Below are positions 49,590-58,527 of a stretch of DNA of 64,000 nt, piece after piece. Numbering within the stretch: the first letter of the stretch is position 1; every line of letters starts with the position of its first letter. The notes under the pieces were generated by a model that saw only the letters and a list, made by a program, of their open reading frames with translations, ran no database searches and had not been told where the DNA came from. The stretch lies in sequence record OL964735.1; one strand, 5' to 3'. Made by a program: the position numbers and the translations under genes. The stretch comes from Escherichia phage T4.

Positions 49590-50504
49590 TTAAGATTTAA
49601 GTAAATCAACAATTTTAATTAACTTTTCACGCTCAGATTTAGCTTTACTACTCAATCCAGATAGTCTGAAAATTTCATCATCATATTGTTGAATAGAAAT
49701 ATTCAGCTCTTCAATTTGCTTATTAAAATAATCAATTTGTTCAGAATGTTTTTCGTTACTACGAACTGGTACAGGTTTTGTAGGCAATTTAGTTGAACTG
49801 GATTCATTCGGGCGATAAATTAAAATGCAATTTGAACCAATCGGGCATTTAGCACCAGATGAATATTCTAACGTTCCAGCTTCTTTTAAAACTTCAAAAG
49901 CTAAACAGAGATGATGCCCCATATTAACATAATCAGTAGAGCGAGCTCTGATGTAATAATCATCTCCACGAGTGCTAAATTTAAAGCATTTAAGGTCTTC
50001 TGTATTATTAGTTTTAAAAATCATTTGTTTATCTAGACCTTTAGCCAATCGAGCACCTAATGCTAATAATCGTCGTTGATTTTCCCACAAATCTGCGATC
50101 ATTTGGTCAAATGATAATTTCGGCATTAGCCGACCATAAAGGTCATATCCTTTATTATAATTGCGAAGGATTTCACTCGCATTAATACGAGACAACGCTC
50201 CAATTTTATTAAGGGCTTTCATAATACGATTAGATAAACTCATTCCAGACCCGTTTGTTCGCTGTAAATGTTTTTCTAATCCAAATCCAATATCAACTTT
50301 AAATTTATCTAAAATTTCAGCATGAACATCTCTGTCAATAACATTCAAATCCAAAGTTGGGTTAAATCTATGAAAAAATTTATCTGGCTCTCCACGACGT
50401 AAAACAGTCCATTCATTCATCATTTTTTTATTAACTAAAGATTTAATTACTGCGTTGACATTATTAATTACTACTGACATATTTTCCTCACTCAATTTTA
50501 CCAA
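49590..50504 (-). CDS. hypothetical protein (304 aa), paralog family member
   Basis: Shared motif LWENQRRLLALGARLAKG; C-terminal coiled coil. Confidence 0.6.
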   Translation of the reverse strand: MVKLSEENMSVVINNVNAVIKSLVNKKMMNEWTVLRRGEPDKFFHRFNPTLDLNVIDRDVHAEILDKFKVDIGFGLEKHLQRTNGSGMSLSNRIMKALNKIGALSRINASEILRNYNKGYDLYGRLMPKLSFDQMIADLWENQRRLLALGARLAKGLDKQMIFKTNNTEDLKCFKFSTRGDDYYIRARSTDYVNMGHHLCLAFEVLKEAGTLEYSSGAKCPIGSNCILIYRPNESSSTKLPTKPVPVRSNEKHSEQIDYFNKQIEELNISIQQYDDEIFRLSGLSSKAKSEREKLIKIVDLLKS

Positions 50505-50889
50505 TTACGCGGAATAAGATTGAACAGACTATATAAGTACCACATATAGATTGAACTAATGCCATTCCAAAGAACCAAACAATATTATCAAACCATGTCT
50601 GTTTTACGTCGAAAGGACGTAAACTTACAGTAATATTATCACCTTTTTCTATTGAAGAATACATCTCTGGGGAAATATATTCACTAAATCTATAACCGTC
50701 TTTGAGTTCATATACAGCAATAAACGATAAACTAGACCCCTTTCCTTGAGTTCCTGTAAGGGTATTAACTACAGTAACATCATAATCTTTATAATGCATA
50801 TAATCATTAATTGCGTAATAACCATATGCAATTACTATACATAAACAACATATCAATAAATTCAATCTTTTAATTATCAACTGTTTCAT
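50488..50889 (-). CDS. hypothetical membrane protein (133 aa)
   Basis: N- and C-terminal hydrophobic segments. Confidence 0.55.
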   Translation of the reverse strand: MKQLIIKRLNLLICCLCIVIAYGYYAINDYMHYKDYDVTVVNTLTGTQGKGSSLSFIAVYELKDGYRFSEYISPEMYSSIEKGDNITVSLRPFDVKQTWFDNIVWFFGMALVQSICGTYIVCSILFRVIGKIE

Positions 50890-50944
50890 AATAATCTCAA
50901 TTAAAAGGGCTTAGAACCATTATACCATCCTTGGTATAAAGCGG

Positions 50945-51472
50945 TTATGCGAGTACCGTATTTAACCGTTCTTCAAACTTCCGAAGAGTGTTCTGGCGTT
51001 CAGCTCTTTGCTTTTTGTAAGTTTCAATACGCTCTGAAATGAGAGTGTATCGTTCATTTACTGATTCTTTCATAAAATCAGGAATTTCACGAGAAGCTTT
51101 AATCTCGTCAAATTTATCAATAACAGCTTGCTCTTCAGCAATTAAGTTATCATACATCAAAATATCTTTCTTGATGAACTCAATATCTTCTTGAGTTACA
51201 CGAGATAATTTAGATGCTTTATCCTTTTTGTACTGTTCGTTAGTATCACGAGACCAGTGTAATGTACGATTTTTATTCGTATTCTTGTAAATTTCTACAA
51301 TACCAATCTCATCGATAATAACGATCCAATTCCAACGGGATTTGTAAATTTGTCCTCCATTAACAGTGATTTCACCTCCGATTGAGATGTCATTAAAGAA
51401 CTTGCTTTGTGCTTCTGATTTAAATTTACCATCGTTGTAATTTACCAGGTTGAAAATATCTTTAGCGTTCAT
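50945..51472 (-). CDS. hypothetical protein (175 aa from ATG at 51472)
   Basis: ATG MNAKDIFNLV... with SD GGAGG; track start lies inside promoter 51501-51530. Confidence 0.55.
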   Translation of the reverse strand: MNAKDIFNLVNYNDGKFKSEAQSKFFNDISIGGEITVNGGQIYKSRWNWIVIIDEIGIVEIYKNTNKNRTLHWSRDTNEQYKKDKASKLSRVTQEDIEFIKKDILMYDNLIAEEQAVIDKFDEIKASREIPDFMKESVNERYTLISERIETYKKQRAERQNTLRKFEERLNTVLA

Positions 51473-51500
51473 TTTGTGTTCCTCCGTAGTTGATAGTTGT

Positions 51501-51530
51501 ATAGTACCACAGAGGAACGGTCTTGTAAAC
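51501..51530 (-). promoter_or_regulatory. T4-type early promoter (-35 GTTTAC 51525-51530, -10 TACTAT 51501-51506)
   Basis: Anchored between the ATG at 51472 and the stop at 51533. Confidence 0.7.
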
Positions 51531-51532
51531 AA

Positions 51533-51847
51533 CTAAAAGAAACTTCTTTCACAATTTTTTCCACTGAACCAAGCGCTCACTGCTTTCTTAGTTTCAGGAG
51601 CAGTGTTATCCATAAACCATTCAAAGGCAGCCTTTTTATGATTCTGGAGGGCTTCTCGGGCTTTAATCTGCTCACGGTCTATTAACACTAACATATGAGC
51701 CTTTCTTGTCACCAGGGGCTTCTTATGATTTTTTGAATACTCCCAATCATTTGTCCATCGCATCGTTGTTGCGAATTGAAATACAGCTTCTTTAATCTTA
51801 GTTTCGTAAATTTCACGAGCCTTTGAGTATAACATCATTACCTCCAT
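51533..51847 (-). CDS. hypothetical protein (104 aa)
   Basis: ORF in track. Confidence 0.5.
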   Translation of the reverse strand: MEVMMLYSKAREIYETKIKEAVFQFATTMRWTNDWEYSKNHKKPLVTRKAHMLVLIDREQIKAREALQNHKKAAFEWFMDNTAPETKKAVSAWFSGKNCERSFF

Positions 51848-51937
51848 TTACCAGTTTAATTCTAGTCATCTTTTTGATGGCAGTCCATATAATCTATTTC
51901 TGAACTGCCTTTTTGTCTTAGAAGGCCTCTTATGAAT

Positions 51938-52906
51938 TTATTTCAGAAGAGTAACCGTAGCGATTTCTTCCCAACCGTTTTTGTCGGTCATAATAAAGTC
52001 AGCAAGATAAAGTGCAGTACGCAGTGAAACATTACGTAAACGGTTAACATTGACTTTCATCCATGATAATGCTTTATAAGTTTCTTCATCAGAAAGACCA
52101 CGCTTTTGCATCATGTCGGTTGAAAGAATAACATCTTCAACCCTGACCATAATTTCTTCATTAGTGTGAACACCCAAATCCAAATAAACTGAGCGGGACA
52201 CTAATGCTTGTAAATGTGGAGCAAGTTTAGTACCACGGTCTAATTCGCGGTCAATGTCAACGTTTGTGATAAAAACAATTGTTCCTTTAAATTCAAACTC
52301 ACGCTCAATGCCTTTTTCTTCTAAGTAAGAAGATGCAGTGCTCCAGCAGACTTTACGGGTCTCTCCAGTGTCCAGAGCAGCTTTCAGAAGATTAAGAATG
52401 TCCATATCAGAGAAAACATCCACATCATCAATCAAAAGGACAGAATTCTCTTCACGATTATTCCAAAGCTGTTCATAAAGACCGATACCAGAGATTTTAC
52501 CGTTAATGCTTTTATACTCAATGTATCCAATATCATTTGCTTTATTCAAAGCTTTATCTAAAGAATATGTTTTACCAATACCCGCCGCACCAGAGATAAT
52601 TAATGAACGAATATTTCCGTTAATAATACCATTCGTCATCATTCCCATAACATTAAATCTTTTATTAATGCGGGTTTTCATATCTTCATATGATTCTTTA
52701 ACTTCTTCAACTTTTACACCATCATATGAAATGTCTGATTTGTAAACCCAAACACCGCGACGTTTACCGTCAATTTCAACAAAAACTTTACCATCTCCTT
52801 GTGCATCTACCGGAGCATTATCAGGGAACCATTCACCTAAGAGCTCAAAAGTTCCAGAGATTTCTTTACCGAAGTAGATACCCTTATTGATAGTTACAGT
52901 TTTCAT
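51938..52906 (-). CDS. P-loop NTPase of unknown function (322 aa from ATG at 52906)
   Basis: Walker A GAAGIGKTYS and Walker B LLIDDVD; ATG MKTVTINKG... with SD GGAG; track start is TTG. Confidence 0.65.
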   Translation of the reverse strand: MKTVTINKGIYFGKEISGTFELLGEWFPDNAPVDAQGDGKVFVEIDGKRRGVWVYKSDISYDGVKVEEVKESYEDMKTRINKRFNVMGMMTNGIINGNIRSLIISGAAGIGKTYSLDKALNKANDIGYIEYKSINGKISGIGLYEQLWNNREENSVLLIDDVDVFSDMDILNLLKAALDTGETRKVCWSTASSYLEEKGIEREFEFKGTIVFITNVDIDRELDRGTKLAPHLQALVSRSVYLDLGVHTNEEIMVRVEDVILSTDMMQKRGLSDEETYKALSWMKVNVNRLRNVSLRTALYLADFIMTDKNGWEEIATVTLLK

Positions 52907-52940
52907 TTTATTCTCCAAATCCGTATCAGTTGATAGTTGT

Positions 52941-52970
52941 ATAGTACCATAAAGCTTTATGCTTGTAAAC
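52941..52970 (-). promoter_or_regulatory. T4-type early promoter (-35 GTTTAC 52965-52970, -10 TACTAT 52941-52946)
   Basis: Anchored between the ATG at 52906 and the stop at 53021. Confidence 0.7.
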
Positions 52971-53000
52971 CGTTTTGTGAAAAAATTTTGAAATAAAAAA

Positions 53001-53018
53001 GGGAGCCCGAAGGCTCCC
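53001..53018 (-). terminator. Rho-independent terminator after the 53021 ORF
   Basis: Stem GGGAGCC / GGCTCCC with CGAA loop, followed on the transcript by UUUUUUAUUU. Confidence 0.8.
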
Positions 53019-53020
53019 TA

Positions 53021-54067
53021 TCATTTATAATAACTTCGATGGTTTTCAAGATAAACCCTCTCAAGGAAGTCATCCCAGAAACTCATGTCTACTTTTTGCT
53101 GCATACCGTTCTTAGAAGCTTCAGTAGATGCTGCTTCTACTTGATCGACCACATCTTCCAAAAACTCTTGAACGGTTTTAAATGGATGCTTACCCAACTT
53201 CACGTCGAGAATAAATGGAGCATCTTGGAGTGGATAAACCAAGTCACCAGTTTTGTAAATTTCCAATAGTTGAAGTCCACCACGACAAGCATGGCTCAGA
53301 GCTTTCCAGTCAATGCCTTCATTGGCTTCGGCCTTACGAGCACGTTCGCCGTATTCAGCATCTAATTTGTTCAGTGACTGCTTAAGCTCAATAAGAGAAA
53401 GCGTTGTCTGATATTTACGACCCAACACTGTGTAAAACGTTTGTGGGCCTGTTTTCTCATGATTATGGAACACCCATTCACAGAATTCGTTTTCTGGAAG
53501 ACGATGCTTAATATCTTCAACTTTAGTACGACGCTGCTTAATGGAACCATCTTCTTGGTAATCAACCCATTGCTCAGGGATTTGATTAACTACTTTCAAT
53601 ACATCGCGTAATGCAGCCAAACGAGAACCCTTGACGCCGTATTTAGAAGCTTGCTTGCGGACATATCCTAAATATGATTTCATGTTAGTCGTATAAAAAC
53701 GAGAACGGTTGTCTTGAATAAACTTCCACACATCAGGCAAATCGGATTTAACCACTAGTTCAGGTGGAGTGTGGAGCATATCCAATGCTACAGTTTCACC
53801 ATCTGCTGCTAATTTAAAGAAATACTTAAGACTATACAATTCGTGGTCAATATCATCTTTAGTGTTTTTAGATGATGTGTTGTTGGTATTTTTACTCATG
53901 TGCTCTTTGACGTTTCCAATAAGAATATCGCGAGCAGGAGGAACAAAGATTTCTTTAAAATCTACATCAGATTCTGGAGTAGAAGTTCCATAAAGATGAC
54001 TACCAAAATAAGACTTAACTACAGTTTTCATTATTAGACCTTTCATAATCTTCATTAAATTGTACAA
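53021..54067 (-). CDS. nucleotidyltransferase-fold protein of unknown function (up to 348 aa; probable ATG start at 54031)
   Basis: N-terminal motif GSHLYGTSTPESDVDF fits the Pol-beta-type NTase signature G[GS]x9-13DxD. Confidence 0.6.
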   Translation of the reverse strand: MYNLMKIMKGLIMKTVVKSYFGSHLYGTSTPESDVDFKEIFVPPARDILIGNVKEHMSKNTNNTSSKNTKDDIDHELYSLKYFFKLAADGETVALDMLHTPPELVVKSDLPDVWKFIQDNRSRFYTTNMKSYLGYVRKQASKYGVKGSRLAALRDVLKVVNQIPEQWVDYQEDGSIKQRRTKVEDIKHRLPENEFCEWVFHNHEKTGPQTFYTVLGRKYQTTLSLIELKQSLNKLDAEYGERARKAEANEGIDWKALSHACRGGLQLLEIYKTGDLVYPLQDAPFILDVKLGKHPFKTVQEFLEDVVDQVEAASTEASKNGMQQKVDMSFWDDFLERVYLENHRSYYK

Positions 54068-54794
54068 TCAATCGATGATAATTAGATTTTGGATATCCTA
54101 ATTTACTTATATAAGTTCCGAATGACCCACGTTTAGGTCTATTTAATTTAATCCATAACTTATAAAGTAAGTCATAGTCTTGCCAATGTTTACCAGTTCT
54201 TTGTCTAATTTTAGATGAATTTGATTGTTTCTTTTTAGTTTCAAAATTATTCAAAGATTTTTTGACTGCAGCAGAGTGTTTTTCTTTAACTCCCGGTCGT
54301 TTAAAAGCAGCTTTCACCCCTTTAGATATTTTTTCTTTAACTTCCGGTTTGTTTTGTGCTTCTAACTGGGATTCTGAAATTTTAGCCCTTATTTCAGGAA
54401 GACTTAATGTTATCGAACGTTTTTCTCTGTATTCATTAGACTTCCACATTTCTTTCATTGTATTAGAATGTATTTTTGAAAATTTTTCTCTAACTAACTG
54501 ATATCCTCTTGAAGTTAATTTGAGATTTCTTCCTAAAGAATCTTCTCCAAAATTATAAAATGACCACCATGCATAAATTAATCCAGGCGAATTGTAATGA
54601 ATTTTAGCTAAAAGCCAATGGGCTATAAAATGCTCTCTAGCTGTTAATAAAACTAGATTATCAGAATCATCATTACCACCAATACAAGATGGAATAATAT
54701 GATGCTTTTCCGTATAAAAATTTAATTTAGATTTATCTAATTTTCTGAGTTTTCCTTTCTTAATTAAATTATTATATACTTTAGTATAATTCAT
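54015..54794 (-). CDS. mobD: HNH homing endonuclease MobD, 259 aa
   Basis: N-terminus MNYTKVYNNLIKKGK and HNH motif HHIIPSCIGGNDDSDNLV. Confidence 0.8.
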   Translation of the reverse strand: MNYTKVYNNLIKKGKLRKLDKSKLNFYTEKHHIIPSCIGGNDDSDNLVLLTAREHFIAHWLLAKIHYNSPGLIYAWWSFYNFGEDSLGRNLKLTSRGYQLVREKFSKIHSNTMKEMWKSNEYREKRSITLSLPEIRAKISESQLEAQNKPEVKEKISKGVKAAFKRPGVKEKHSAAVKKSLNNFETKKKQSNSSKIRQRTGKHWQDYDLLYKLWIKLNRPKRGSFGTYISKLGYPKSNYHRLIVQFNEDYERSNNENCS

Positions 54795-54868
54795 TGGTTC
54801 TTCGTCTCATTTAATTTTGCTTTGCATTTATAACACATGTCTGTTCCACTTGAAATAAACATATTTCC

Positions 54869-55414
54869 TCACTTTGAAATCATAGTTGGAATAACAGAAT
54901 CAAGATAAGTCTTTAGTGCAATAGCTTCGTCTTTGTTTAATGTAATGATATGTGATCGAAAATCATCAATTTGACGAATAGATACTACATCTCCCTCTTC
55001 ATAGCATTTTGAAACATTTAAAATAGTTTCATCATTCTGATTACAGGAGTTAGTAATAATAGCATTACATTTTTTAAACCATTTTAAATTATGTTTTCTT
55101 TTAGTAGAATCATAAAAATATTTAATGTTAGTTATAAAATTATCCCAATTATTAATTGATAAGCACATTGACTCGCTTTTAATATTAAATCCTGGGCATG
55201 AAGAATAAAAATGAATTTTATGCTCATCATTAATGCTTACAATTTTATCAGTGTAAGCATATTCAATTTGGGTTAAACGAACAATTTCGCTAGGCGTAAA
55301 ATATAACATGTCATCTTCTTGCGTCAAACGATACATGTTATTTACTTTTTCTATAGCCAATTCACCAAAAAGTGGACTAACTTCTAATACTAGTCGTTTC
55401 GCCTCGCTCATCAT
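54869..55414 (-). CDS. hypothetical protein (181 aa; positional mobD.1)
   Basis: ORF in track; ATG at 55412-55414. Confidence 0.55.
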   Translation of the reverse strand: MMSEAKRLVLEVSPLFGELAIEKVNNMYRLTQEDDMLYFTPSEIVRLTQIEYAYTDKIVSINDEHKIHFYSSCPGFNIKSESMCLSINNWDNFITNIKYFYDSTKRKHNLKWFKKCNAIITNSCNQNDETILNVSKCYEEGDVVSIRQIDDFRSHIITLNKDEAIALKTYLDSVIPTMISK

Positions 55415-55518
55415 TACATACTCCTCTGAATCATATTAATAATGTTATTCACCAGATTATAAGTAAACATTGGGTAATTATATTGAATCATCACATATAT
55501 AACAAACAAAACTTTCAT
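55414..55518 (-). CDS. hypothetical 34-aa hydrophobic peptide, first ORF of the early transcript from promoter 55547-55576
   Basis: Hand translation MKVLFVIYVMIQYNYPMFTYNLVNNIINMIQRSM; SD AAGGAG 6 nt upstream; TAATG overlap with the next ORF. Confidence 0.4.
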   Translation of the reverse strand: MKVLFVIYVMIQYNYPMFTYNLVNNIINMIQRSM

Positions 55519-55546
55519 TCTCTTCTCCTTGGCAGTTGACAAGATT

Positions 55547-55576
55547 ACTATACCATAATCTTGTCAACTTGTAAAC
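55547..55576 (-). promoter_or_regulatory. T4-type early promoter (-35 GTTTAC 55571-55576, -10 TATAGT 55547-55552)
   Basis: Inverted repeat TTGACAAGATT/AATCTTGTCAA flanks the -10. Confidence 0.7.
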
Positions 55577-55578
55577 CA

Positions 55579-55752
55579 TTAAATGACGTTTTCGATAAAA
55601 TTTTGAAGCTTTGTATGAGCATCAACCATGATTTTCATTTCTTCCTTGGCAAAAGCTGTGCCTCTTTCCCGAGAAGAACATTCATAGTCAGAAACTGCAT
55701 TAGCATATTCTTCAATTAGCTTCATTAAAAACATCTGTTTTTCAGTTTTCAT
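55579..55752 (-). CDS. hypothetical 57-aa protein, member of small helical paralog family
   Basis: Hand translation MKTEKQMFLMKLIEEYANAVSDYECSSRERGTAFAKEEMKIMVDAHTKLQNFIENVI; SD AGGTGGA. Confidence 0.5.
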   Translation of the reverse strand: MKTEKQMFLMKLIEEYANAVSDYECSSRERGTAFAKEEMKIMVDAHTKLQNFIENVI

Positions 55753-55936
55753 TATTCCACCTAATCATTTCAAGATATTGAACTAACTTAGCTTTGGATT
55801 TATCCAAATCCCTTTTAGCTGCTTCTATACCGTCGTATGAATATCCTTCACAATGCTCAACTGCTAATTGATATGAATCTATTTCAATATCATGCGCTAA
55901 TTTAATGATTTTTTCAAACTGTTCGCGTGTTAGCAT
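55742..55936 (-). CDS. hypothetical 64-aa protein, member of small helical paralog family
   Basis: ORF in track; MLTREQFEKIIKLAHDIE... Confidence 0.55.
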   Translation of the reverse strand: MLTREQFEKIIKLAHDIEIDSYQLAVEHCEGYSYDGIEAAKRDLDKSKAKLVQYLEMIRWNNEN

Positions 55937-55938
55937 AC

Positions 55939-56121
55939 TTAAACTCTCGTATTATGATCGATAATTTCATCAAGAAACATATCTAACGCTTCTACAGCAT
56001 TATTAACTTTAGCTTCAAATTCTTCAATACCTGATAAGGCAAAGTTAATGCGTTCCTCATCTGCTTTACGAATTAAAGCTACCAATTCCTTAATTTTATC
56101 CGCTTGTTCGATACTAATCAT
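55939..56121 (-). CDS. hypothetical 60-aa protein, member of small helical paralog family
   Basis: [19 protein letters not shown]... chosen over the upstream track start. Confidence 0.5.
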   Translation of the reverse strand: MISIEQADKIKELVALIRKADEERINFALSGIEEFEAKVNNAVEALDMFLDEIIDHNTRV

Positions 56122-56309
56122 TATTCCACCACATATGAAAGAGAGAATATTGCACACGCCATGTGAGTTGCAACTTCATCACACATATTATAACGTTTCT
56201 TAAGAAGTTCTACAAGTTCTTCACTAGTAACTTCATCCATGTCGACGAAAAAATCACCATTAATGATGACGTAGATATTTCCTTCTTGATTGAGTGCTTC
56301 AATTTTCAT
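56121..56309 (-). CDS. hypothetical 62-aa acidic protein
   Basis: Track ORF starts at TTG inside promoter 56338-56367; first ATG ([10 protein letters not shown]...) has SD GAGGAG 6 nt upstream. Confidence 0.5.
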
Positions 56310-56337
56310 GATGTTCTCCTCTTTATCCGATGGTTGT

Positions 56338-56367
56338 ATAGTACCACAGCTCAAACGGAAAGTAAAC
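56338..56367 (-). promoter_or_regulatory. T4-type early promoter (-35 GTTTAC 56362-56367, -10 TACTAT 56338-56343)
   Basis: Anchored between the ATG at 56309 and the stop at 56406. Confidence 0.7.
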
Positions 56368-56384
56368 CGGTAAAATGAAAAAAA

Positions 56385-56400
56385 GTCTCCCGAAGGAGAC
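56385..56400 (-). terminator. Rho-independent terminator after the 56406 ORF
   Basis: Stem GTCTCC / GGAGAC with CGAA loop, followed on the transcript by UUUUUUU. Confidence 0.8.
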
Positions 56401-56405
56401 TAATG

Positions 56406-56792
56406 TTATTCGAGGGAAAGAAGATACTTACTCTGGTAAAACATTCCAGTAATATCATCTATCGTGCTTTGGATGGCTGGAGGCATTTCTTTATAAATGC
56501 TGTTAGATTGGTCTAGTATGCGATCAATCATTTTAATTGTGTCGGTAGGAAGTTTACTGGCATCTGGAATTGAAGGCGTGTATTTTCGACCAGAATACCC
56601 CAAATATTGCTCACCAAATTTATCAATCAAATCTGGCAACTCGGAAAAAATAAAATCGTATGCTTTGTGTCTAGCATAACTTTTAGTTTCAAAATGTGCA
56701 GAATGAAAATAAGCTTGTGCAGCCATTAATAAACCTAAGTATTCATCTGCCTTTGAAGGTTTTCCACTTTGTGAAAAGTCGCTGAATTTCAT
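56406..56792 (-). CDS. hypothetical protein (128 aa)
   Basis: ORF in track; ATGA overlap with rI. Confidence 0.55.
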   Translation of the reverse strand: MKFSDFSQSGKPSKADEYLGLLMAAQAYFHSAHFETKSYARHKAYDFIFSELPDLIDKFGEQYLGYSGRKYTPSIPDASKLPTDTIKMIDRILDQSNSIYKEMPPAIQSTIDDITGMFYQSKYLLSLE

Positions 56793-57082
56793 TCAGTCTC
56801 CAATTTAATGTTCATAATTCTAGCGTATGATTGTGCCATCTCCGCGCCTCGCTCTATACATTCAAAATCAGAAGAGCACGGGTCATTTTTATAGGTCGTT
56901 CTCATAAAACTATAGAATTGTTCAGACGATTCTACGCTTTTATTTTCAAAAAGCATATAAACGTGCCTAATACCAGATTCCATAAATTTATCAAAATGAG
57001 GATCGACATTCGCTTCAATCGATGGAGATAAAACAAATGACAATCCTAGCATGGCAAAAAGTGCTGTTGCTTTTAAGGCCAT
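56789..57082 (-). CDS. rI: RI lysis-inhibition antiholin, 97 aa
   Basis: Sequence MALKATALFAMLGLSFVLSPSIEANVDPHFDKF... with signal-anchor matches recalled T4 RI. Confidence 0.9.
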   Translation of the reverse strand: MALKATALFAMLGLSFVLSPSIEANVDPHFDKFMESGIRHVYMLFENKSVESSEQFYSFMRTTYKNDPCSSDFECIERGAEMAQSYARIMNIKLETE

Positions 57083-57094
57083 AAAGGCCTCCTA

Positions 57095-57307
57095 TCATTT
57101 TTGTCCTGTATTTACTTTGTGCCGATGCACGGCCTTAACTTTATCAAGGTATTTTTCAAAATTTCGCAATCTAGTATAGTCTGCCGGAGATTGGTTGAGT
57201 GATACTTCTCGACGCAAAGCTGAAATGATATTTCCAACTTCCCTACGAATTTCATCTAATTGAAGAACAGTAAGATTGCGAAGTTGCTTTTCAGTTAATT
57301 GTAGCAT
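57095..57307 (-). CDS. hypothetical small protein (70 aa; positional rI.1)
   Basis: ORF in track. Confidence 0.5.
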
Positions 57308-57349
57308 ATATACCCCTTTAGTTAGATAAACCTATTTATAACTTTTGCA

Positions 57350-57931
57350 CTAACCGAGCTTTTTAGTTAATTCATTCCAATGTTTTCTACACAAAGAAAC
57401 ATAAATTTCATCACCAATACAAATTTGATTACCTTCTTTAACTGGTGTTCCATCTTCCATTAATCGAGCTGTCATAATCGCTTTTTTACCACAATGACAA
57501 ACTGCTTTTAGTTCAATAAGTTTATCTGCAATCGCTAAAAGTTCTTTAGAACCTTCAAATAATTTTCCAGCGAAATCAGTCCTTAGCCCATAAGCCATAA
57601 CAGGAACATTATATGTATCAACAATTCGGCTCAATTGATGCACCTGTTCAGTTTTTAAAAACTGAGCTTCATCTACAAATACGCAATGAATATCTTTTTG
57701 TGCTTCAGCCCATTTATAGAACTCGAAAATATCCATATCATCTGTAATAATATTCGCTTCCTGCTTAATTCCAATGCGAGAAACGACTTCACAGACAGAA
57801 TCGCGAGTATCAATAGCAGGCTTAAGAACTAATACACTCATTCCACGTTCTTTATAATTATGTGCAGCAGTCAAAAGAGAAGCAGATTTTCCAGCATTCA
57901 TTGCTGCATAAGTAAAAATTAAACTCGCCAT
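57350..57931 (-). CDS. tk: thymidine kinase, 193 aa
   Basis: P-loop AAMNAGKSASLL and Zn-ribbon CxxC...CxxH at the C-terminus; matches T4 Tk. Confidence 0.92.
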   Translation of the reverse strand: MASLIFTYAAMNAGKSASLLTAAHNYKERGMSVLVLKPAIDTRDSVCEVVSRIGIKQEANIITDDMDIFEFYKWAEAQKDIHCVFVDEAQFLKTEQVHQLSRIVDTYNVPVMAYGLRTDFAGKLFEGSKELLAIADKLIELKAVCHCGKKAIMTARLMEDGTPVKEGNQICIGDEIYVSLCRKHWNELTKKLG

Positions 57932-57932
57932 C

Positions 57933-58121
57933 TTAGTCCTTAGTTAAATTTTCTAAATATGTTTCTAAATCATTTTCAGCTTTATCGATAGATTTTACTA
58001 ATTCGTAATATGTTTCGGCATCTCCATATTCAGAAGATATTTCAAAAGACAAATCCTTTTCTAAACTAATAATTTCACCAACTAAAAATAATATTTCGTT
58101 CTTTTGTTCGCGAGTAATCAT
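57933..58121 (-). CDS. hypothetical 62-aa protein, member of small helical paralog family
   Basis: MITREQKNEILFLVGEI... Confidence 0.55.
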   Translation of the reverse strand: MITREQKNEILFLVGEIISLEKDLSFEISSEYGDAETYYELVKSIDKAENDLETYLENLTKD

Positions 58122-58309
58122 AAGGAATTTATATAATCAATGAGTTCTTGTTCTTTATTATCGAATTCTTTAGAAAGTTCTTCGTACTCGTTTGCGCTAA
58201 AAGGACCGCATTCATTACAAACTTTTTCCAATTCACTATTTTTATCCATAACTTCGTGGATAAGAGAAAAGAGTGTGTCTTTTTGTTCTTTGCTTAAACT
58301 CATAACCAT
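58118..58309 (-). CDS. hypothetical 63-aa protein, member of small helical paralog family
   Basis: M..SLSKEQKDTLFSLIHEV...; ATGA overlap with the previous ORF. Confidence 0.55.
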   Translation of the reverse strand: MVMSLSKEQKDTLFSLIHEVMDKNSELEKVCNECGPFSANEYEELSKEFDNKEQELIDYINSL

Positions 58310-58527
58310 GTCACCTTTAAGCAGTATTCTTCTACATGCTGTTTACGACCTTTCTTATCAATAAAGGTATATTCAACGAATGTTCCAATGTAGTCTTTAT
58401 CTACATCATGTGGACTATTAATTGGACATTTAGTGCGACAAATGCGTTCCCATTGACGAATAATTACTGCCTTATTCTTTGGGTCATATGGATGTGGATA
58501 ATGTATATTCATAATAATGGTTCCCAA
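58300..58527 (-). CDS. hypothetical small protein (75 aa)
   Basis: ORF in track. Confidence 0.5.
   Translation of the reverse strand: MGTIIMNIHYPHPYDPKNKAVIIRQWERICRTKCPINSPHDVDKDYIGTFVEYTFIDKKGRKQHVEEYCLKVTWL

Noticed and set aside
50919-50945. Possible additional early promoter upstream of the 50488-50889 membrane ORF (TATAAT-like box around 50919-50924)
   Set aside because: No GTTTAC -35 at the 18-nt spacing; only a -10-like hexamer inside a hairpin, so not called.
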